A stretch of 62,798 bases of DNA, counting the filler, from Octopus bimaculoides (taxonomy: Eukaryota), in the NCBI RefSeq assembly GCF_001194135.2. It is 5 parts of 5 records of this genome, joined end to end, with 100 filler letters (N's around TTAATTAATTAA, not from the genome) between each part and the next. Parts side by side here need not be neighbours in the genome. Positions count along the whole stretch, not along the records: positions 43,983 to 60,356 come from NC_068986.1; positions 60,457 to 62,798 come from NC_069007.1; 3 more parts are not named here. The stretch is one strand, 5' to 3'. The notes under the pieces were generated by a model. It had not been told where the DNA came from. It worked only from the letters and a program-made list of their open reading frames with translations, and did not search any database. Position numbers and translations under genes: made by a program. Each line of letters opens with the position of its first letter. The first letter of the stretch is position 1. Below, one piece after another: positions 53,377 to 62,798 of the stretch.

Positions 53377-53846
53377 TTAGTTTGGGCGTCCACATTTTTT
53401 AACCATTGGTTTCGGAGTTGCGTAAAGCTTCGCATTTTTTAAAAGTCTCTTTAGCGATTTGTGTTGCTTTTTGCATTTGATGAATTTATGTGTTTTCAGG
53501 ATGTTGTTCAGGATTGGGTCTCTAGTTAGAAAAGATAGATTTTGCACAATTGTTGTATGTCTCATTGTTTCTACGGTTGTGAGTTGATATATATACAGTA
53601 GTGTTTTGAGATGAAGTGTGGTGTTATGTTTTGTTGTCCTTAGTGTTTTTGTGTGTAATTTCTTGGCACGCTTAATTCCAATGTCTATAAGTGAGGGTGG
53701 ATATTGTCTTTCGGTTAGTGTTGTTCTGAGGTCTTGAAAACGAAGGTCCGAAGTGCTATTGTGCAAATCCTTGCTGCCAACTTAAAGGGGATATTTATTT
53801 TGATGCGTTTCGGATGGCATGAGCTAAAAAAGGAATATTGCTTTGA
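53377..53846 (-). mobile_element. Penelope-like RT C-terminus/linker fragment
   Basis: SKQYSFFSSCHPKRIKINIPFKLAARICTI; DLRTTLTERQYPPSLIDIGIKRA; KKQHKSLKRLLKNAK..KKCGRPN. Confidence 0.88.
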
Positions 53847-53988
53847 GTAGACCGTAGCAGTTCCATCAATTCTGTTATACATATTAAGCACATTTTCTTT
53901 CCAATATTATAAGACTAGACTCTATCTAATATACTCCAACTAAGGGTGTACTCACTTTTTCTAGATTTCAGTTCCCATATATATTTAC
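53847..53988 (-). repeat. Inverted copy (about 142 bp) of 54580-54720
   Basis: Reverse complement reads GTAAATATATATGGGAACTGAAATCTAG...ATGGAACTGCTACGGTCTA, aligning without gaps. Confidence 0.92.
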
Positions 53989-54029
53989 AGATTTAAATTC
54001 CCATACATAATACACCTACAATTAACATT

Positions 54030-54824
54030 TTGATACCAAAAGTGTCTAATAATTATAAAATAAAAGATATAAAACATGTAATGGTTATTATATGGTTAAT
54101 TATTCCATATGGGAAACAAGTGAGGACTAATATTATGAAGGAAATACTAAAAATTGTAAAAGTGTCTTTTAAAAAGGACAACATTTATTCTAATATATTT
54201 TCCAATAAAACTATTAGAGTGGGATACTCAACATCGAGGAATGTAGGTAATATTATCTCATCAATAAATAATAAGAAATTAAATAATTATCATAAAATTA
54301 CAATAAAAAATAGCTCTAATTATAATATAACCGCTAGTGATGGAAGTTATAATCCACATATAGATAAATGTTCATGTCGTGATAAGACTAAATGGAAGCT
54401 CTCTAACAATTATAATATTGATAATGTAATTTATAAATGTATGGTAATTTCTAAGAGGAATAATATTAAAAGTATAAATAATGTATATATAGGATCTACA
54501 GCTAATGAAATTAACAGAAGAATCTCCCAACACTACCAGACTTTCAAGAATCCCAGTTTAAGTAAGCTCACAGGGTTAAGTAAATATATATGGGAATTGA
54601 AATCTAGGAAAAGCGAGTATAACGTTAGTTGGAGTATAATAGGTAGAGCCCACTCTTATAATATTGGGAATAAAATGTGCTTATTATGTATAACAGAATT
54701 TATGGAACTGCTACGATCTAGAGATAAATTATTAAACACATACGAAGAAAGAGGAGTGAAATGTACTGGGCGTCAAAAGAGTCTGGGTACATGGGGATTA
54801 GCACATACTTTAAGAAATAATTAA
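54030..54824 (+). mobile_element. Penelope-like linker plus GIY-YIG endonuclease, 5'-truncated (second family, CxC linker)
   Basis: IIW..PY.KQVRTNI, KCSCR, VIYK..VYIGST, RISQH, LSKYIWELK, WSII, CLLCITE, LLN; open frame, but some expected Cys positions are altered. Confidence 0.85.
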
Positions 54825-54958
54825 TTCTTATATTTAATTGTTTATGTTATGACTTTATTTACTCCATATACCCACATGGGGATTAACACATACTTTAAGA
54901 AATTATTATTTCTTATATTTAATTGTTTATGTTATGATTTTATTTACTCTATGTACCC
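54789..54958 (+). repeat. Tandem duplication of an 85-bp unit
   Basis: ACATGGGGATTA.CACATACTTTAAGAAAT.. starts at 54789 and 54874. Confidence 0.92.
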
Positions 54959-55584
54959 AAACTTTGTGGACACCCTGTAGACATCAAAGTAATCTTACGT
55001 TCAATAAAATAAAATACTGAACCGCAACCCCGCATTGAATCTCATCACCACACAGTTTTGATTTCTACAGTAGTTGGATAGATTATATAAATAATTAAAT
55101 AAATTGATTAAATATTATGAAATATTACATTATAACAAATTATATATATCCCTCAACATAGTTGGATAGAATATAATAATAGAAACAGATAATTTAATTT
55201 AGATTATTCATAGTGGAATTACCCCACTTAGAACTAATCACCTATAAATTCCCATAGTACTCTGCTATATTCACTTCCTTTATCTCCATTTTGAATGACA
55301 TCTTGACTTATCACAAGAGGATATGTATCTTTACTAGTTACATTTAATCACAAACCTCTTCAATCTGATTTATAATTTTATACTTGATATTCTATATTTG
55401 ACATTCAAAGTTAGATATATATATGTTAAGTTATATTAATAATTAATAATTTATAATTTTTAATTCTTAATTTTGTAAAATTTATTTTCAATTTTTAATT
55501 TAATGCTTAATTTTTATGATGATTTAAATAACTGAACAATATTTTGGAAAATGAACCTGAAAATATGTTGGTAGAATTATAAAT

Positions 55585-55633
55585 CTGATGATTACATATA
55601 TTCTAGTCTCCCAATACAGAAACACGTGTAGTT
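55585..55633 (+). ncRNA. Degenerate hammerhead-ribozyme-like motif
   Basis: CTGATGA (55585-55591), GAAAC (55619-55623), palindrome ACACGTGT, GTA triplet; stem II does not pair well. Confidence 0.25.
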
Positions 55634-55808
55634 CCTTTCTAATTATAATTTGAACTCGAGTAAGGGGTAATTAAGTTAGTATGTTATATACCCTGCTATA
55701 TACATATAAATACCACGAGTTTTCCATCATAAATACTCGTTATGTTCTTTTTCTTTATCTGAAATGGAATACCCACAAATCTATTGACTGAAATCCCAAT
55801 AACTGAAC

Positions 55809-55840
<32 letters not shown>

Positions 55841-57471
55841 TGTATGTATGTATGTATGTAGGTGCAATCTGTGTGGGTGTTTTTTCAAAACACTGTCTGG
55901 TTTAAAAAGCCACATCAGACGCCATGAAAGGGCTAAGGTGTAGGTGCAGGAGGTGGTCAAACTCTGTTTAAGGAGTAGACAACCACCACCATGTATGTAT
56001 GTATGTATGTATGTATGTATGTATATATATATATATANNNNNNNNNNNNNNNNNNNNNNNNNNNNNNNNNNNNNNNNNNNNNNNNNNNNNNNNNNNNNNN
56101 NNNNNNNNNNNNNNNNNNNNNNNNNNNNNNNNNNNNNNNNNNNNNNNNNNNNNNNNNNNNNNNNNNNNNNNNNNNNNNNNNNNNNNNNNNNNNNNNNNNN
56201 NNNNNNNNNNNNNNNNNNNNNNNNNNNNNNNNNNNNNNNNNNNNNNNNNNNNNNNNNNNNNNNNNNNNNNNNNNNNNNNNNNNNNNNNNNNNNNNNNNNN
56301 NNNNNNNNNNNNNNNNNNNNNNNNNNNNNNNNNNNNNNNNNNNNNNNNNNNNNNNNNNNNNNNNNNNNNNNNNNNNNNNNNNNNNNNNNNNNNNNNNNNN
56401 NNNNNNNNNNNNNNNNNNNNNNNNNNNNNNNNNNNNNNNNNNNNNNNNNNNNNNNNNNNNNNNNNNNNNNNNNNNNNNNNNNNNNNNNNNNNNNNNNNNN
56501 NNNNNNNNNNNNNNNNNNNNNNNNNNNNNNNNNNNNNNNNNNNNNNNNNNNNNNNNNNNNNNNNNNNNNNNNNNNNNNNNNNNNNNNNNNNNNNNNNNNN
56601 NNNNNNNNNNNNNNNNNNNNNNNNNNNNNNNNNNNNNNNNNNNNNNNNNNNNNNNNNNNNNNNNNNNNNNNNNNNNNNNNNNNNNNNNNNNNNNNNNNNN
56701 NNNNNNNNNNNNNNNNNNNNNNNNNNNNNNNNNNNNNNNNNNNNNNNNNNNNNNNNNNNNNNNNNNNNNNNNNNNNNNNNNNNNNNNNNNNNNNNNNNNN
56801 NNNNNNNNTATATATATATATATATATATGCGTGTTTGTGTGTGTGTTTGTGTGTGTGTACGTGCGCGTGTGTGCGAGCGCGTGCGTGTGTGGCGGGTAA
56901 GGCCAATTTATTTAAACGCTATTTTATATCTCTATCAATTGGCAAAATATGATATGTACACGATAACAACACCACTTGAGTTATGACATTACAGATGTGG
57001 AGAAAATATAAAGACGTCATACTGAAAATGTGGAATAAAATCATGAAATTAAACATATTTAACCTTTGAAGTAAATTATTTTTCTTTACGTTTCATAGTT
57101 CCTTTTACGATTTTCTTGTAATTTTTCTTCTGGCTATTATTTGTTCTTGTGTATTGTCTTTTTACCTGGATTTGTAAAAAAGAATACGCATTATCTTAAT
57201 TTCGTCTAAATGAAGTCTTTTAGACATTAATTGATGCAACAGAAAACAACATTTTTTTTTCAATTATCTTATACAAAAAAGTTTCTTTGAACCTTATTTT
57301 AAAGATTTTTTAATTCAATGTTTAAGTATTGTTAATTTCAAAATGCAAAATGATTTTTTCTTCCTTTAAATATGTAAGCTTTCTTTGTAGCTAAATCAAA
57401 AATATTTTGCATAAATTCGAAGTATTCGATTATGTACTTTTTAAAATACCCCTCATCGGCTCTCTCCTTAG

Positions 57472-57535
57472 GGAATTTCGCAGTTTCAAACTGCAGTGAT
57501 GGAACATATATTCCAATGGCGGTAGCAGACATCAG
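57472..57535 (+). CDS. Candidate isolated 64-bp internal exon (NFAVSNCSDGTYIPMAVADI)
   Basis: CTCTCTCCTTAG| acceptor, CAG|GTAATG donor, one open frame; no homology support. Confidence 0.22.
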
Positions 57536-58602
57536 GTAATGGCTAAATGAAATTGATATGGAGGGAAGAGACAGAATAGAAAAAAAAAACCTGAGAGCGA
57601 GAGAGCACATGGACAATCAGAACGAGTACGTTTTCGGATGTAATTTTTCAGCATGCGTAGAGGATATTGTTATCTAAGCGAACTAAAATTAGAAAGTATT
57701 AAAAAAAAAAAAAGAAACAAAATGAAGCAGTCAGCAAGCAGTAGGAAGCTGCAAGCTTGGAACAGAAGAAATCAAATTTGAGGAAAAGAGAGTGTGAAAG
57801 ATGTAATAGATGAAAAGAGTTGGAGAGAGAGGGAGTGAGAGAGAGAGAGAGAAAAGGAGAGAAAGAGAGAGTGAAGGATGTTGATATTTATTTTAAAACA
57901 ATTGTAGCCTTTTCAACTTCTTATATGTTCAAAAAATTCTTTATTAATACTTGCAAGTTGGTTCCAAACGCAAAACTAATACTGCTTTCATTGCATGATT
58001 AAAACTTGTTGATACACTTTGAGCATAATATATGTGATCTACACATAAACCTTGCCTTGTTTAACATTTCAAATTTTAGGGCCATCAATTTCCAAATATT
58101 TTTCAGCCGTCAAAATAATCCATTCATAATACCGACATTAAATATCTACTACAAGCACACATACATGCAATTATTAATCTAAACCTGCTTACGTATTTGG
58201 ATTGTCTCCGTTGTTTTGTTTTTTTATTTTTTTTTTTATTTTTTTACTCCTCGTGTTTCATATATTCTTTTTACTACAATAACTTGGCCATTTCTGTTTC
58301 TGCAATATTTTACGCCATTTTAAATTCATAATTCAATGCACCTTCGATTATTTCTCATCCGTTTACACTGTAAATTTCATTTATACTATTACAACCTGAT
58401 GAATCAGCATTAGCAACATTTCGAAGTCACTATCAACATTTAAAAAGAATGTATATATTTAACACTCTGCTTGCCGTATTGTCATCTATGTTATTTTAAT
58501 GATCGTTCTTTTGGTATAATTAAAAATACCTATATAATTATATATGTATCCGTATAGATATATAACTATGTATGCATGTATGTATATATGTGTGTATATG
58601 AG

Positions 58603-58638
<36 letters not shown>

Positions 58639-58971
58639 CACACACATCAGAACTGAGCATCCATGTTAATGTAAAGAGGCATGTATGATAGACATATATA
58701 AAATCTATATTAAAATCAGCTTATGTAACTATTCACATTATAGCCATGAGATACACATACGCATATTACGCAAAATTACGTAATAAATGTTGACATATAC
58801 AGTTTGACCGTGAGGTTATTTCTATATGCGAGTCTTACGGTCATTTAATACTTGTGTAACATACAAATTGATGTGATTTTATGCGTATTCACTACATAAA
58901 TAAATAAATAAATATATCAATAGATATAAATAGGCATATAAACATATGTATGAGCATATATTTATACATAT

Positions 58972-59035
<64 letters not shown>

Positions 59036-59719
59036 NNNNNNNNNNNNNNNNNNNNNNNNNNNNNNNNNNNNNNNNNNNNNNNNNNNNNNNNNNNNNNNNN
59101 NNNNNNNNNNNNNNNNNNNNNNNNNNNNNNNNNNNNNNNNNNNNNNNNNNNNNNNNNNNNNNNNNNNNNNNNNNNNNNNNNNNNNNNNNNNNNNNNNNNN
59201 NNNNNNNNNNNNNNNNNNNNNNNNNNNNNNNNNNNNNNNNNNNNNNNNNNNNNNNNNNNNNNNNNNNNNNNNNNNNNNNNNNNNNNNNNNNNNNNNNNNN
59301 NNNNNNNNNNNNNNNNNNNNNNNNNNNNNNNNNNNNNNNNNNNNNNNNNNNNNNNNNNNNNNNNNNNNNNNNNNNNNNNNNNNNNNNNNNNNNNNNNNNN
59401 NNNNNNNNNNNNNNNNNNNNNNNNNNNNNNNNNNNNNNNNNNNNNNNNNNNNNNNNNNNNNNNNNNNNNNNNNNNNNNNNNNNNNNNNNNNNNNNNNNNN
59501 NNNNNNNNNNNNNNNNNNNNNNNNNNNNNNNNNNNNNNNNNNNNNNNNNNNNNNNNNNNNNNNNNNNNNNNNNATATATATATATACATATGCATATGCG
59601 CAGATTTATAAGTCAAAAGCCATAACAAATGGATTTTATTGTTCTGAGAATCAAACGACAAAATCAAAATTGAAATATAGCTGTATTATTACATACAATA
59701 TTGCTATGTATCCTGCCAC

Positions 59720-59915
59720 CCATCCCTCCAGCATCAACACACTCACCACCACCACCACTCCATCACGACCATCTCCAACACGACACTCGCCGCCACCATC
59801 TCTACTCCCACCAATACCACCATCATGGCCACCGCTGTCACCACTACCGTGAGCATTATGATTGTTGTCACTCCCGCTTCCAGCTTCACTACAACTACTA
59901 CTACTACTACTACTG

Positions 59916-59954
<39 letters not shown>

Positions 59955-60320
59955 TTTTTGCTAACGCTACTTTCTCACACCTCGAGCACCATTTGTACTA
60001 TCTGATTAACAACTAGCACCACAACACTCAACACTACACCAACACCGCCACCACCACTACCACTACCACTACCATCGCTACCATCACCACCGCCAAGTTA
60101 TTCCTCAGTACTACTGGGGTCTATGTTTCAATCCCTTACGCTTCTACTATCAACACCACTATACTTGTAGCAATACTGCAAACGTGACCACAAGAATCAC
60201 TTCCATCAATATACCACCATAAACACTAACTTCAATATTATCAACCACCACCATCACGCACCACCATCACGCACCACCATCACGCACCACCATCACGCAC
60301 CACCACCGCCACCACCATGC
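59720..60320. repeat. (ACC/ACT)n low-complexity tract including a 13-bp unit CCACCATCACGCA x4
   Basis: Visible; 13-mer array at about 60249-60300. Confidence 0.9.
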
Positions 60321-60356
60321 AATATGCTGGGTCCTCGGGCTACCGTCACCTCCACC

Positions 60357-60456
60357 NNNNNNNNNNNNNNNNNNNNNNNNNNNNNNNNNNNNNNNNNNNN
60401 TTAATTAATTAANNNNNNNNNNNNNNNNNNNNNNNNNNNNNNNNNNNNNNNNNNNN
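60357..60456. other. Assembly join with TTAATTAATTAA linker
   Basis: 44 N + linker 60401-60412 + 44 N. Confidence 0.95.
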
Positions 60457-60852
60457 TACTTACATATTTATATATCATATATTTATAAACAGACAAAGAA
60501 GAAGAACAGACAGAAAAAAAACATCACGTATATGTAAAAAACATTTATAACACAATAACCGTTTCCAGACAAACATCTATTCAAACGTCTATTTTCCGCT
60601 TATTTTTTTTTCTCCTCTTCTTTCACTTTTTCCATAATATTTTTCTTTAGTTTTAATGTAATTCTCCGCATTATAATTAGTATTTAACTTTAAATACTCA
60701 TCTATTTAGCTTTCCTATTAAAACACTGATAAACCGATTAAGACAGAAATTATGTGAACTTGCTCTCTCTTGTATCTCGTATCCTTACTAGTGTTCAACT
60801 TATTAATACTATTATCTCTATTATTATTATTATTATCATTATTATAGTTATT

Positions 60853-60883
<31 letters not shown>

Positions 60884-61307
60884 TTATCATTATTATTATT
60901 ATTAATATCATCATCATTATTATTATCATTAATGTTGTTTCAATAGCTTGTGTATATAGGTATATATATTTATGGTGTTGCTTTGTCGTAGTAAATTTTC
61001 TTGCATCGTTTTTCACATAAACATTTTTCTTTTTTTGTTATTGTTGTTTCAATTCTGCTTTCGTGTTTTTTTGCGTTAGATCTGAGTGCATCTTCGTTGT
61101 TTCTTGTATATCTGAAGTATTTACTTTTGGAATTTTGTGTATTTTAGAATGTGTACATATAAGTGTGTTTTAATAAGTGTATGTGTGTGACAGAAAGTGT
61201 GTGTGTGTGTATTAGTGTGTCTGTATTAGAGTATTGTGTGTGTTTGTGTTTCCCTTTATTGCTGAGTTCCAAATATGAAATGTATAGCATTTTTGTTAAA
61301 TTGTTAC

Positions 61308-61497
<190 letters not shown>

Positions 61498-61571
61498 GTG
61501 TGTTTCTGTGTGTGAGAGACAGTATTTTGTTGTATACCTCTTGCGATATAAATATTGTTTTTAATTTAGGC

Positions 61572-61705
61572 AAAGGACCAAAATTTTGTGAGAGGGAGCG
61601 TGTTGATTAGATCGACTCAGTATGGAAATGGTACTTAATTTATCGACCCTGAAAGAATGAGAGGCGAAGCGACCTCGCCGGAATTTGTATTTAAGACAGA
61701 CGAAC
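61572..61705 (-). mobile_element. SINE family A, partial
   Basis: GGTACTTAATTTATCGACCCTGAAAGAATGA reverse core. Confidence 0.75.
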
Positions 61706-61727
61706 TTGAAATGTTAATATTATTAGT

Positions 61728-61940
61728 GAAAGCGGTGGGGTGGCAGAATCGTTAGCATCCGGGTCAAAATGCTTAGCAGCATTTCGTCTGTCTTCATGTT
61801 CTGAGTTCAAATCGCGCCGAGGTTGACTTTGCCTTTCATCATTCGAGGTTCGATAAAATAAATACCGCTTGAGTACTGTATTCGATATAATGAAATTAAC
61901 CAGTCCTCTGAAATTACTAGCTTTGTGTCAAAATTTAAAA
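61728..61940 (+). mobile_element. SINE family A
   Basis: Head plus GAGGTTGACTTTGCCTTTCATC core. Confidence 0.82.
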
Positions 61941-62033
61941 TCAAAGTTATTATCATTAAGTCAGTGATGTAATCGACCAGACCTCTCCCACCAAATTTCA
62001 GGTCATGTGCCTTCATTAGAAAGTATTATTATT

Positions 62034-62225
62034 AAGGCAACGAGCTTGCGGAATGGTTGCACCCGAGATAAAATGCTTAGCTGTATTTCATCCGTCTTTA
62101 CATTCTGAGTTCTAATTGCACCAAGATCTACTTCTTCATTTCTCTTTTCAGGGTCGATATAATACATATCAAGGAAACTGCGGCGTCGATGTAATCCAGT
62201 TGCACCCTTCCCCGAAAATGCTGAT
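62034..62225 (+). mobile_element. SINE family A, diverged
   Basis: AAGGCAACGAGCTTGCGGAAT head, AATGCTTAGC, GGGTCGATA core. Confidence 0.72.
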
Positions 62226-62232
62226 CTTCTAG

Positions 62233-62431
62233 ACACAAGGCCCGAAATTTTGGGGCAGGGGGAAGTCGATTAGATCGACCCCAGTACGCAAATGGTACTT
62301 ATTTTATCGACCCCGAAAGGATGAAAAACAGAGTCGATCGCCGCAGAATTTGAACTCAGAACGTTACGACTGACGAAATACCGCTAAGCATTTCGCCCGG
62401 TTTGCTAACGTTTCTGCCAGCTCTCCGCCTC
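62233..62431 (-). mobile_element. SINE family A, full length
   Basis: Reverse head GCCAGCTCTCCGCCT and core. Confidence 0.88.
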
Positions 62432-62469
62432 AGGTACAGGCAGAGGAGGCTGTGTGACGTAGTATATGA

Positions 62470-62625
62470 TAGGTCTGGCCCTTTGAAATCATTTTTGCCA
62501 GCTCATTGGACTGGTGCAATGTGAAATAAACTGTTTTCTTCAAGGACCCAGCGTGGCAACAGAAACCGAAATCACGGCCTTCCGACCGTGAGCCGAATAT
62601 TCCTAACCACTAATCCATGCGCTTT
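62470..62625 (-). mobile_element. tRNA-derived SINE, family D-related 5' part
   Basis: Minus strand TGGATTAGTGGTTAG head...GTCCTTGAAG...CAAAGGGCCAG, similar to the 41063 copy. Confidence 0.7.
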
Positions 62626-62739
62626 CATACACACATACGTATATGTGTGTATATGGGTGTTTGGTGTGACATATGTATATGTATTTTCATATATGAATAC
62701 GTATGTATATGTGTCTGTATGTTTTTGTAAGTGTATGTA

Positions 62740-62798
<59 letters not shown>

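Noticed and set aside
58396-58430. Second CTGATGA hammerhead-like seed
   Set aside because: No GAAA core or stems follow

Overview
AT-rich, very repeat-dense animal DNA with many N gaps. The SINE repertoire and microsatellite density suggest a coleoid cephalopod, probably Octopus (inference, not verifiable here). Most ORF-track entries are microsatellite or gap artefacts. Supportable content: a near-full-length decayed RTE LINE (APE endonuclease, RT, PHD finger; about 3.35-6.74 kb); two piggyBac-derived ends, one split by a putative non-autonomous Helitron; several Penelope-like (PLE) fragments including a GIY-YIG ORF; a mariner 3' half; L1/Tx1-like pieces (a CCHC ORF1 and three 3' ends inside (GATA)n arrays); a nest of MITEs at 37.6-39.5 kb; and more than 20 tRNA-derived SINE copies. 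One plausible host terminal exon (13583-14037) encodes a very basic Arg/Met-rich polypeptide of unknown family. Best leads: apparently sequence-specific L1/Tx1-like insertion into a SINE head and into GATA microsatellites, an inverted chimeric PLE with a hammerhead-like motif, and the orphan basic protein. Four 100-bp gaps contain a synthetic TTAATTAATTAA linker, so adjacency across them is uncertain. Boundaries of decayed repeats are approximate.
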